A stretch of 64,000 bases of DNA from an uncultured bacterium (lineage in GTDB: Bacteria > Desulfobacterota_D > UBA1144 > Nemesobacterales > UBA2774): NCBI GenBank assembly GCA_963705505.1, contig CAVPJU010000006.1, positions 672,001-736,000 on the forward strand, read 5' to 3'. Under the pieces are notes generated by a model. It did not search any database. It was not told the origin of the DNA and was given only the letters and a program-made list of their open reading frames with translations. Positions 32,390 to 41,897 of this stretch are shown piece by piece; the first letter of the stretch is position 1; every line of letters begins with the position of its first letter. The translations under genes and the position numbers were made by a program.

Positions 32390-33001
32390 ATGCCACACCA
32401 ATTACCCAAACTTCCTTATGGTTACGATGCCTTGGAACCTCATATAGACGCCCGTACCATGGAGATTCATTATACGAAGCACCACCAGACTTATATAAAC
32501 AACTTAAACGCCGCTCTTGAAAAACACCCCGAGCTTGCGGATAAGAGTGTGGAGGCTCTGCTCAAGGATCTGAACGCAATCCCCGAAGATATAAGGACTG
32601 CGGTCCGAAATAACGGCGGCGGGCATGCCAACCATAGCCTTTTCTGGACCATAATGGGACCAAAGGGGGGCGGTGAGCCTAGCGGGGAGTTGGCTGAGGC
32701 GATAAAATCGACCCTCGGCGGTTTTGATAGTTTTAAAGACCAGTTTTCCAAAGCTGCCGCCGGAAGGTTCGGCAGCGGCTGGGCATGGCTCTCGGTCGAC
32801 GGAAAGGGTAAAATCTCGGTTACTTCGACACCTAACCAGGATAGTCCCTTGTCCGAAGGGTTGACTCCGATTCTCGGGCTTGACGTCTGGGAACACGCTT
32901 ATTATCTCCACTATCAGAACAGAAGGCCTGATTATATCGCCGCATGGTGGAACGTCGTAAATTGGAAACAGGTGTCTTTAAATTACGCAGCAGCAAAATA
33001 G
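32390..33001 (+). CDS. sodA: Mn/Fe superoxide dismutase
   Basis: [34 protein letters not shown] (GGGH and NQD favour the Mn type). Confidence 0.93.
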   Translation: MPHQLPKLPYGYDALEPHIDARTMEIHYTKHHQTYINNLNAALEKHPELADKSVEALLKDLNAIPEDIRTAVRNNGGGHANHSLFWTIMGPKGGGEPSGELAEAIKSTLGGFDSFKDQFSKAAAGRFGSGWAWLSVDGKGKISVTSTPNQDSPLSEGLTPILGLDVWEHAYYLHYQNRRPDYIAAWWNVVNWKQVSLNYAAAK

Positions 33002-33273
33002 GTTGAATTAATTTTGAGAATTTGATAGAATTGGCGGTAACCGGAAGGCAGGACATTTTTAATTTGCGGTATCGATTTTTTGTTTTGGATGAAATTTCTG
33101 AGTAGACGGTTTAGGGTTGTATAAGGGTAATAGTTTATACGCTTTAGCATTCGTTTCAGGAGGAATGGTAATTTCCCACCCCCTAAGTTTCCGATTTTTA
33201 TTTGGAAAAATTCAAATCCAGAGACATCTTCACGTTTGTTTCAGCAGCTGAATATCGTTTAAAGGAAGAAGAA

Positions 33274-34455
33274 ATGGAGACAAAATATAACGAGTTCGAT
33301 GAAACTGCATCCGTCAGCGAGTTTGGTGAGTTCGAGAGGGAGGACGATGAGGTTTCATCCATCAATTTCAAGGATAGTTATGCAAGGGAAGACAGGCAGG
33401 AATCTGAGTACGAATCGGAAAACGTAAATTCCAAGTCCAAATCGGACGATACCCCCGATGAGCAGCTCAGGCTCCTTTACGTCTATTTTAAGGACATGTC
33501 GGTTGAGCCTCTTTTCACTGCGCAGGAAGAGGTCGAAATTTCAGCAAAAATTAAGAAATGCGAGTCCCGGACCCGTGAGCTCGTGATTCTCGTAGGCAAA
33601 TTGGCGGACGGGAAAGTAAAACTAAACGGATTTGCCAGACACAGGAACGGCCACGGCAGTCTGAAAAACGGTTACCTCGAAAAGCGAATTAAAAGCCTTA
33701 ACGCCTTCATAAGGGTTTATTCGGAAAACGCGAAGAGGTTCAAGCAGAGGTTTGTAAAGGCCAATCTGAGGCTCGTCATTACCATATCGAGGAAGTACAT
33801 GGGCCGGGGGCTTCCGCTTTCCGACCTTATACAGGAAGGGAATATGGGGCTCATGCGGGCGGTCGAAAGATTCGACCACAGAAAGGGTTTCAAATTCTCG
33901 ACGTACGCCTCCTGGTGGATACACCAGGCTATACTGAGGGCGCTTCAGGGACAGACAAGGACTATTAAGGTCCCTGTTTACCTTCTCGAGCAGGCAAACA
34001 GGGTTTACAAGGTCAACGCTCTCCTGGCCAAGAAATTGAGCAGGAAGCCCACACCCAAGGAAATTGCCCGTAAATCCGGCATATCGGTCGAGGTCGTCAA
34101 GCGTATATTGAGGTCCACGAAGGATGCTATCAGCCTCGATACCCCTATACTCGACGGAGAGAAAACTACGCTGCTTGACTCCATAGCGGATAACGATACG
34201 GTAATCCCCGAGTCTCTCGTGGCTAAGTCCGACCTCACGGATAAGCTGAGGGAGGCGCTCATGCTCCTTAATCCGAGGGAGGAAGAGATTTTAAGGCTCA
34301 GGTTCGGAATCGACCAGCAGAGCACTTACACGCTCGACGAGATCGGAAGGAAGTTCAATCTCACGCGGGAGAGAATAAGGCAGATCGAAAAAGCCGCTCT
34401 CGGGAAACTCGCCAATTCCGATATCAAAGACCATCTGGAAAGCTTCCTGAGATAA
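33274..34455 (+). CDS. Sigma70-family RNA polymerase sigma factor (RpoD/RpoS-like, no region 1.1)
   Basis: ANLRLV, DLIQEGNMGLMRAVERFD, FSTYASWWI, TLDEIG...TRERIRQIE. Confidence 0.92.
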   Translation: METKYNEFDETASVSEFGEFEREDDEVSSINFKDSYAREDRQESEYESENVNSKSKSDDTPDEQLRLLYVYFKDMSVEPLFTAQEEVEISAKIKKCESRTRELVILVGKLADGKVKLNGFARHRNGHGSLKNGYLEKRIKSLNAFIRVYSENAKRFKQRFVKANLRLVITISRKYMGRGLPLSDLIQEGNMGLMRAVERFDHRKGFKFSTYASWWIHQAILRALQGQTRTIKVPVYLLEQANRVYKVNALLAKKLSRKPTPKEIARKSGISVEVVKRILRSTKDAISLDTPILDGEKTTLLDSIADNDTVIPESLVAKSDLTDKLREALMLLNPREEEILRLRFGIDQQSTYTLDEIGRKFNLTRERIRQIEKAALGKLANSDIKDHLESFLR

Positions 34456-34559
34456 GCGCTGCGGCCGGATGGTGTAATTATATCTCGGCCCAAGGACTCT
34501 CTCTCGGCACTCAATTACAATTTCAGCACCGGAATAAACGCAGGCAAGCAGTGGGTCGA

Positions 34560-34880
34560 TTAATCGAGAAGTCCTCCGATTATCGCTCCTATGAGGAGCG
34601 GGCCCACGTTCGACGCGACAAGCACAAACGCTCCTGCCCCGGCAACGACACCGATAAGCGGAGCGCCCGTGAGCGCGGATGCGAATACGAAGAGTAAGCC
34701 TCCGAGAACAATCGCAGGCAATAAGGCTGCGATTATGGCATTCCCGACCCCTCCCGCTTTCTTGCCCCCAACAATGCCTGCTATGAGAGGGCCTACTGAG
34801 GGGAGCCAGAAAAGCAGGATAGATATAATGAGCATCCAGAACAGCCCCGCCAGTATGCTCCCTTTTTTTTGCTCATTCAT
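34560..34880 (-). CDS. Small Gly/Ala-rich membrane protein
   Basis: GPLIAGIVGG motif, 3-4 TM helices. Confidence 0.65.
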   Translation of the reverse strand: MNEQKKGSILAGLFWMLIISILLFWLPSVGPLIAGIVGGKKAGGVGNAIIAALLPAIVLGGLLFVFASALTGAPLIGVVAGAGAFVLVASNVGPLLIGAIIGGLLD

Positions 34881-34953
34881 ATCGCGTTCCGGGTTTTACC
34901 GATTCGGATGACATAAGATAAAAATATACTATCGAGATATTAAAATGTGAAAT

Positions 34954-34989
34954 AAAAAGCCCGATCTCATTTGCGAGATCGGGCTTTTT
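34954..34989. terminator. Bidirectional intrinsic terminator downstream of nrdJ
   Basis: AAAAAGCCCGATCTC-ATTTGC-GAGATCGGGCTTTTT. Confidence 0.9.
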
Positions 34990-35024
34990 GCTTCTCATCA
35001 TCCTCTCATGGAACTTTTATGATT

Positions 35025-37523
35025 TTAGTCGCATTTGGAGAACCCGCAGCTTCTGCATGTCACGCATCCCTGCTCGAATGCGAGTGCCCTGTCCCCGCAG
35101 TCGGGGCAGCGCTCGAGATTTAAATCAACTGCGCGCTTTGTAGTTTGCGAATCGTTTTCTGATGACTCTACGAAGTGTTTCTTTAAAACCGTGGCGATTG
35201 CATCCGGTATCGACATCACGAGCTTCCCTTCCGAGAAAACCGGAGACGATCCCCCTATCCCTTCGAGCTGCTCTACTACATCTTTTACGCTTATGCCCGA
35301 CCTCAGCGCAAGGGAAACGAGCCTGCCCGTCGCCTCGGCGTCCGCCATTGTGGAGTACCCCGATTTACCTATCTGTACGAAGACCTCAAACGGCCTTCCG
35401 TCATAGGTATTGATGGTAACGTACAGGTTTCCGTACCCGGTCTTTATGACTTCCGTAAACCCTTGCAGGAACTGAGGCCTTTTTATCGGCTTGATCTCCG
35501 GCATTTGGGTTGGACGAGGGGATGAGATGGGGTTGGGGTGATGGGTTTTTTTCATCCCCTCGTCCTGGGTCTGGGTCGGAAGCTTTATTTCGTCTTTTAT
35601 TTGCTGGGCCTTTATCTGGTCCTCTGTAACCAGTATGCCCTCTCTCGAGCCCTCCCTGTAAACGGTAATGCCTTTACAGCCGAGCTTCCACGCGAGGAAG
35701 TAGATCTTCTCCACTTCGTCCAGTGTTATGTCGGCCGGGAGGTTCACGGTGCTTGAAATACATGAATCGATATGCTTCTGAATCGCTGCCTGCATGCGCA
35801 CCCTCATTTCAGGCTCGATGTCGTGGGAGGTTACGAATGTCTTCGGAACATCTTTTTCATTTTGCAAATCGTATTTTTCTAAATATTCCTCTACTAGCGG
35901 GTGATAGACCTTAAATTCCCCTTTCGAGAGGGATTTGGAGCGCCTGAAGTAAGATAGTGCGAACATGGGCTCTACGCCGCTTGTCGTTCCGGCAAGCACG
36001 GAGCCGCTGCCGACGGGAGGGACGGTGAGTATGCACGCGTTCCTGAGCCCTTGTCTCTTTATTTTTTCCAGTACGCGGCCGTCGATCGTTTTCAGGAACG
36101 GAAGCGTCAAATGAGTGTCCCTGACGTAGGCGGGGAAAGTACCCTTCTCCGTTGCGAGATCGGAGCTCGCTTCGTACACGGTGTTTTTAATGTGTTCGAA
36201 CATCTTGTCGGCGAACTCAACGGCCTCGTTCGTATCGTATTTAATGTTCAGTTTTGCGAGCATGTCCCCGAATCCCGTAAAGCCGACCCCGATGCGCCTC
36301 GAGTGTGTAGACGCTTTTGTCTGATATACGAGGGGGTGCTTCTGCATGTTGTAGTCGAGCACGTTGTCCAGGAACCTTACAGAGTATTTGAACGCCTTTT
36401 CGAGGTTTTCCCAATCGATGGAAGCTTCTTCGGTGAATGCGTCCTTTACGAACGGCGACAGGTTAATGTTGCCGAGGCAGCAGTTTCCGTAGTCCTCAAG
36501 AGCCTGCTCGCTGCAGGGGTTGACGCCGTTTACTTCCATACCGCCGTACTCGGTGGGGGAATACCTCTTTACGGCATCCCAGAATATAACGCCCGGCTCT
36601 GCGGATGCCCATGCTGATTTTACGAGCTTTTCCCAGAGCGCTCTCGCTTGGACGGTCTTTGCGTACTTGACCTTCTCGTTTTCGAACTTGAGCTCGAAAT
36701 CCCTGTCTTCCTCGACTGCGCGCATGAACTCATCAGAGATCTTTACGGAGATGTTCGCGAATTTGACTCTTGACCTTTCGAGGTCGTTTTTAACGTCGAT
36801 AAATTCCTGTATATCCGGGTGGTTAACGTTGATTGTTATCATCAGGGCGCCCCGCCTCCCCGCCTGGCCGATCGTGCCGGTTGTTGTCGAAAGGAGGTCC
36901 ATGAAAGATACCGCACCCGTCGAGTATATAGCCGAATTGTTGACGGGAGCGCCTTTCGGCCTCAGGATGGATATGTCCGTCCCCACGCCGCCCCCGAACG
37001 AGTATGTCCTCGCCGCCTCCTTGCACCATTCGAATATGCCCTCTATGGAATCCTCTTTGATAGGCATGTAGTAGCAGTTAAGGAGTGTGGCCCTTCTGTT
37101 TTGCCCGGCTCCGAAAAGAATCCTGCCTCCGGGTATGAATTTGAAATCAGACAGCAGCCAGTAGAAATTGTCTTCCCATTCTTTCTTCTGCTCTTTCGTC
37201 TTCTCCGGAGAGGCTATTTCTCTTGCGACTCTATGCCACATGTCTTCAGGGGTCAGCTCCACGATCCTCCCGGTTTTGTCCCGGAGAGCGTACTTCTCAT
37301 AAAAAACGCGCGCGCGCAGCTCATCGCCGCCGAACGCCTTCAATGTCTTTTCCGGGAGATCCATGACCCCTTCCGTCTTCTGGACAAATTCTTCCTCTTC
37401 CTGGGTGTTTTGAATTGTCGATACCTCGATTTCCGGGATTTCCGGTTCGAGGCTTTTGTCCATCAATTTAGTCCCATGGCCGTTTCCGTTTGTCTGTGTG
37501 GGGCTGAGTTTATCAGAAGACAT
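35025..37523 (-). CDS. nrdJ: Class II (B12-dependent) ribonucleotide reductase with TSCPD-like domain and C-terminal zinc ribbon
   Basis: PGGRIL, LLNCY, GGGVG, QAGRRGALM, AEPG, NPCSE, RRIGVG, SSTVN, KGITVYREGSR; CPDC...CRSCGFSKC. Confidence 0.95.
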   Translation of the reverse strand: MSSDKLSPTQTNGNGHGTKLMDKSLEPEIPEIEVSTIQNTQEEEEFVQKTEGVMDLPEKTLKAFGGDELRARVFYEKYALRDKTGRIVELTPEDMWHRVAREIASPEKTKEQKKEWEDNFYWLLSDFKFIPGGRILFGAGQNRRATLLNCYYMPIKEDSIEGIFEWCKEAARTYSFGGGVGTDISILRPKGAPVNNSAIYSTGAVSFMDLLSTTTGTIGQAGRRGALMITINVNHPDIQEFIDVKNDLERSRVKFANISVKISDEFMRAVEEDRDFELKFENEKVKYAKTVQARALWEKLVKSAWASAEPGVIFWDAVKRYSPTEYGGMEVNGVNPCSEQALEDYGNCCLGNINLSPFVKDAFTEEASIDWENLEKAFKYSVRFLDNVLDYNMQKHPLVYQTKASTHSRRIGVGFTGFGDMLAKLNIKYDTNEAVEFADKMFEHIKNTVYEASSDLATEKGTFPAYVRDTHLTLPFLKTIDGRVLEKIKRQGLRNACILTVPPVGSGSVLAGTTSGVEPMFALSYFRRSKSLSKGEFKVYHPLVEEYLEKYDLQNEKDVPKTFVTSHDIEPEMRVRMQAAIQKHIDSCISSTVNLPADITLDEVEKIYFLAWKLGCKGITVYREGSREGILVTEDQIKAQQIKDEIKLPTQTQDEGMKKTHHPNPISSPRPTQMPEIKPIKRPQFLQGFTEVIKTGYGNLYVTINTYDGRPFEVFVQIGKSGYSTMADAEATGRLVSLALRSGISVKDVVEQLEGIGGSSPVFSEGKLVMSIPDAIATVLKKHFVESSENDSQTTKRAVDLNLERCPDCGDRALAFEQGCVTCRSCGFSKCD

Positions 37524-37548
37524 CTAGCCATCCTCCTTTTGTAACATT

Positions 37549-37595
37549 GCATTATATATTGTGCTATGAATCGATTGAACCACAATATGTTGTGG
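37549..37595 (-). promoter_or_regulatory. Tandem NrdR boxes
   Basis: GCATTATATATTGTGC (37549-37564) and CCACAATATGTTGTGG (37580-37595), 31 bp apart, matching acaCwAtATaTwGtg, directly upstream of nrdJ. Confidence 0.85.
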
Positions 37596-37936
37596 TTGTC
37601 AAGGGGGTTTTTATGGATTATTTATCATCAAAAAATAATGTTGTGTGAATTCGGAAGGTTATACAGAAAAAAATTTTTTGGCGGAAAAAATTTTTATGTT
37701 CGCATGGCGGTTGAAAAGCATAGTTAAAGCGTGATTTGAATAAGATTAGGGGATTGTCTGAAGATTTTCAGGCTGACTTCGCGATTCAATCTCAGGGCTT
37801 AAAAAAGCAGGCTCGGACATACTAACATCTTTTAAATTTTTTTGCAAGTAGGTGTTAATTTTTTGTTAAGATTATTAAAAAAACTCATGCTGTCCGGGGA
37901 CTATGTACAGGAAATCCCATATAATTAATCGAGCTT

Positions 37937-38561
37937 ATGGAACCGAATACCGAGGAGAGCAGGCAGGCATTCATACTGAATTTCTGGTTCGGCGATCTTA
38001 AGGAGGGAGATGTCCCTCCCGAAGAATTGAGCCGGATGTGGTGGGCAAAGGACGAAAAGACGGACGAATATATCAGGACTAATTTCGAATCCGACATTGC
38101 GGATGCAAAAGAAGGCAGGCTCCACGAATGGGAAAAGACTCCGCGCGGCACGCTCGCTCTCATAGTACTGCTCGACCAGTTCTCGAGGAATGTGTACAGG
38201 GACACGCCAGGGGCTTTTTCGCAGGATCGGCCAGGCATTGGAAATAGCCGTAAGCGGGATCGAAAAGGGGTTTGACAAGGAGCTCCATCCCATTGAAAGG
38301 GTGTTCTTCTATATGCCCTTCATGCACCGTGAGGATATCGATATGCAGAAGAGGTCGATAGCCCTGTTTGCGGCTTTAGAGAGGGGTTTCACTTCCCCTG
38401 CTGAACTTGCGGAAATGCTTTCTACCAACAGTGAATACGCCCGAAGGCACTATGCGATTATAGAGAGGTTCGGAAGGTACCCGCATAGGAATAAGATACT
38501 GGGTAGGGAATCGACGCCTGAGGAGGTCGAATTCTTGAAACAGCCGGGGTCATCTTTTTGA
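37937..38561 (+). CDS. DUF924 family protein, +1 frameshift near 38228-38231
   Basis: ILNFWFG...LALIVLLDQFSRNVYR in the first frame; FFYMPFMHRE...IIERFGRYPHRNKILGRESTPEE in the second. Confidence 0.85.
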
Positions 38562-38592
38562 GTTGATAGAGCGTCCGGGTTTGAACTCAAGC

Positions 38593-38970
38593 TCACTTTG
38601 GTTCGGCGTAATGAACGATTACCCTCTCGATTCTTCCCTCACTATCGAGGAACATGACCTCGGCGGCGAGCATCCCCTTTACGCTCCTATAATAGAGGGT
38701 AAGGCTCTTTACTCCCGTGAGTATATTTAACAGCTCGAATTTAAGGTCGGGATAGGCATCGAGCCCCTTTCTGAAATATGCCCTCAGCTTAATTTTTCCC
38801 TTGATTGTACCCGAGGCTTCCCCCATGAGTTTTTCGACGAAGGGGGAAGTGAATTCCACATCTTCTGCGTAGTGAGAGAGTATGGAATCGAGGTCATGCC
38901 TGTTCCATGCATCGATCCAATCCTTCGGCCATTTGTACGGGCTTCTTCCGAGGAAATCATAGAAATCCAT
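38593..38970 (-). CDS. SnoaL/NTF2-like protein (N-terminus uncertain)
   Basis: WIDAWNRHDLDSILSHYAEDVEFTSP, GKIKLRAYF, PDLKFEL. Confidence 0.85.
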   Translation of the reverse strand: MDFYDFLGRSPYKWPKDWIDAWNRHDLDSILSHYAEDVEFTSPFVEKLMGEASGTIKGKIKLRAYFRKGLDAYPDLKFELLNILTGVKSLTLYYRSVKGMLAAEVMFLDSEGRIERVIVHYAEPK

Positions 38971-39058
38971 TCTGGAGTCTCTTTTTAAAGCTTATTTGCC
39001 GAAACGCTCCGCGATATACTCCGGTTTGATATTAATTCTCACTCTGGCAGCGGTTGAG

Positions 39059-39466
39059 TTACTTTCCCTTGAGCTTAGCCTCAATCTTGCTGAGTACATA
39101 GCGCGACAGGCTCTCATCGCCGAATGTACCCACCCTTATCGATATGTCGGTCAGGTTATCTGTGACTCTTTTAAGCTGTATCTTTACGGTTTTATTGTCG
39201 GCTGTTTTCGATTCGAGCTCGGCCGAGACGTCGTCTTTTATCTTATTGACTACGAGGAACTGCAGATCATCGATTGCGGCGACAGTAGCCCCCCACGTTT
39301 TGTTAAGAGATGCTTCTTCAGTGGCTTTTAATTCGCCTTTTATATATGCTACCGTACCGGCTCCTGCTGCTGCCGCCCCGCCCACCGCTGCCGCCGCCAG
39401 GCACCCGGTCAATATGAACGGACATGCTGCCAGTAATAGTAAAATCAAGAGTTTCTGCTTTTTCAT
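39059..39466 (-). CDS. DUF3568-like lipoprotein
   Basis: Lipobox LTGC, GAGTVAYIKGEL, IRVGTFGDE. Confidence 0.8.
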   Translation of the reverse strand: MKKQKLLILLLLAACPFILTGCLAAAAVGGAAAAGAGTVAYIKGELKATEEASLNKTWGATVAAIDDLQFLVVNKIKDDVSAELESKTADNKTVKIQLKRVTDNLTDISIRVGTFGDESLSRYVLSKIEAKLKGK

Positions 39467-39778
39467 AACGTGCTTCCTCCGGTCTTCATGGTCTTAATAG
39501 ATTTGATTACGCGTAAGTCAATCAATTATATCCGGTGATAGTTGATTTTCGCAACTGGAATGTTCATTTGGCAAATATAACGCCGGCGGGCGTCGATCTT
39601 AATTATTACTGCGCCTCGGACAGGCGCATATACAAAGGGTCGAGCGGAGTCGGTCTCGGGAAAAAGAGCGTTTCCGAACAAAACCAGTCATATGACTGTC
39701 GTTATCGAGTTGTTGAATTATTACTCCCGCATTATTAGAATTGTAATATCACGGGGTAACAGCGGGGATTAAATTCGG

Positions 39779-40009
39779 ATGGGAAATAATAAAGCAATGG
39801 TCTATTCAGGGGAACTGAGACATTCTGAAACTTTTTATGGGCATAATCGTATTTTTATAAAGAGGGACGGCATCGTTATCAGGGCGGATGACGGGGAGTG
39901 CATCGCTGCCCCGGTGGAAGGAATAATGAAGAATCCAAGGTCAAAATTGCGAAGCGCGCGAGAGCGGTCGGAAGGATGTTTCCGGACAGTGACTGTATAT
40001 CCGTTTTAA
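39779..40009 (+). CDS. Possible small hypothetical protein
   Basis: 76-aa ORF ending 28 bp before 40038; weak RBS, no motif. Confidence 0.25.
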   Translation: MGNNKAMVYSGELRHSETFYGHNRIFIKRDGIVIRADDGECIAAPVEGIMKNPRSKLRSARERSEGCFRTVTVYPF

Positions 40010-40037
40010 AAACTATGAATACACCTGACCTTCGAGC

Positions 40038-41891
40038 ATGGCATCGATAAACGAAGACTATCTAATACCGCTCGTTATAGGGGTGACCAGCCGGAAGGGT
40101 ACCGTTGCGGATGAAGAACGTCTGTCCGGACTCATAAGCGGAGAGATGGTCAGGCTCAGGAATACGTTTCCGAATTCTCCGTTCATTGTCATTTCTTCTC
40201 TTGCGGAGCGGGAGGAACGCCTCACCGCCAGGCTTGCGATCGAGCACCTGCGGGCGAGGCTCATAGCAATACTTCCGCAACCGCCCGAGCAATGTGTAAA
40301 TACGCTTCAGAACGATATTAACAGGGAGGACTTTTCACGAATTCTCGACCTGGCGGAGTCCTCACTCGATATCTCATCGCTGATGCAACTGAGGCTCGGT
40401 GTGAAAAGATACGATTTATTGGAAGACAGCGCGTTGAGGGAGAGCTTTACTGCCGCCTTTATTGCCGAGCATAGCGAGATTCTGTTCGCGATTTGTGCGG
40501 ATGAAACTGAGGGAGAGACAGACACGACCGCTCAGATTATTAACTGGATAAGGGAAGGCAGCATCACACGCGAATTCTCTTTGAGGGAGAGCAAAACAGG
40601 CCTGGATAATTTGGACAAAAGCATGATAATCTCAATAAATCCCATAACCTGCCTGACAGCGACTGAATCCGCCCCGCCCGAGGAAAATACAGAAGCGGCA
40701 AATGATGAATCCGGGGATCAAACGGGATTTATGCGTTCTATTCTCAGCAAGTTCTCCGGGAGTATCTTCGGGTTCGTCGAGAACGTGAGTGATTCTCTCG
40801 ATAACCTATATGATTATTATTTCAAGCATACGGCAGCCCAGGCGACGGATAAATATGAAAAATCGCCCTTCATAAATATAATAGAGAGGATCGACGGATT
40901 TAACCTCGATATCAGGAATTATTATGAGGGTCACGGTGAGCAAGAGCTCAATCAATCTAAAAAGTATTTACTCCAGAGTGAATCAGATAACGAGCTCATT
41001 TCGGATAATCCGACACTCCAAAGAATTATATCCCTTTACTCGGGCGCGGATGTTTTATCCCAGTACTATCAGAAAAAAACCTCGGGCCTCATAAACTGGA
41101 TCTACGCCCTCTTTTTAGTTGCCGTCTTGCTCTATGGACTGATCAATATGAGTTCTTATCTGGTCCTTTTCTACATAGGTTTAATACCCGCCATTGCCCT
41201 TCTGGTTAAAAAGAGTCTGAAAGACAGGGTGGAGGATCGGTTTCTCGACTACAGGGCCCTCGCGGAGGGGCTGCGCGTACAGGTCTTCTGGACGCTGTGC
41301 GGGATAAATGAGAACGTTTCATCCCACTACCTGAGCAAGTATGAGGGATTGCTGACCTGGATCAGGAAAGCGGTGAGGAGCATCGAGATTATGACGTTAA
41401 GAACGGACAGCGGAGATGGGCGGCGGGATAAATCCGCGCTGGTGGATATTACAAAAAGATTATGGATAGACTCGCAGCTCGATTATTTCAGGTCGAAGAG
41501 GAGACCGATTTTCATGAGGTCACGGCAGTTCGGGAATGTTGTATTTTTATCTTTTGTATTTACTCTTCTGACGGACGTCGTGTACGGCGCATACGTTCTG
41601 ATAGCCGGAGTCGACAACGGCAAAGCGATAAATGATTTTCAGATTCTCCTGGGCGTGATTGCCGCTGTCGGAGTTGCCGCCCAGGCATATAAAAATAAGA
41701 AGGCCTACGACGAGCTCGAGAGGAGGTACAGCCTGGCCCAGCAAATTTACGCCGCCGCGAAGAGGGAGCTCGAAATCGGCAAAGTGCCCGCGGAGAAGAT
41801 TCTCGTCGCGGTCGGCAGGGAAGCTTTGCTTGAGAACAGTGACTGGCTCTGGACTCACAGGAATGTTCCGATAGAGCTGCCCAAAGGATAG
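40038..41891 (+). CDS. Degenerate SLOG-like domain fused to tandem SLATT-like 4-TM region
   Basis: LVIGVTSRK, ISSLAEREE, ILPQP, SEILFAICAD parallel the neighbour's motifs; YSGADVLS..YQ, 2 TM, RFLDYRALAEGLRVQ, WIDSQLDYF, 2 TM, EALLENSDW. Confidence 0.75.
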   Translation: MASINEDYLIPLVIGVTSRKGTVADEERLSGLISGEMVRLRNTFPNSPFIVISSLAEREERLTARLAIEHLRARLIAILPQPPEQCVNTLQNDINREDFSRILDLAESSLDISSLMQLRLGVKRYDLLEDSALRESFTAAFIAEHSEILFAICADETEGETDTTAQIINWIREGSITREFSLRESKTGLDNLDKSMIISINPITCLTATESAPPEENTEAANDESGDQTGFMRSILSKFSGSIFGFVENVSDSLDNLYDYYFKHTAAQATDKYEKSPFINIIERIDGFNLDIRNYYEGHGEQELNQSKKYLLQSESDNELISDNPTLQRIISLYSGADVLSQYYQKKTSGLINWIYALFLVAVLLYGLINMSSYLVLFYIGLIPAIALLVKKSLKDRVEDRFLDYRALAEGLRVQVFWTLCGINENVSSHYLSKYEGLLTWIRKAVRSIEIMTLRTDSGDGRRDKSALVDITKRLWIDSQLDYFRSKRRPIFMRSRQFGNVVFLSFVFTLLTDVVYGAYVLIAGVDNGKAINDFQILLGVIAAVGVAAQAYKNKKAYDELERRYSLAQQIYAAAKRELEIGKVPAEKILVAVGREALLENSDWLWTHRNVPIELPKG

Positions 41892-41897
41892 AGTCTC

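Noticed and set aside
35025..37523. Intein or intron in nrdJ
   Set aside because: Catalytic motifs are spaced normally; no splice-junction or homing endonuclease motifs seen
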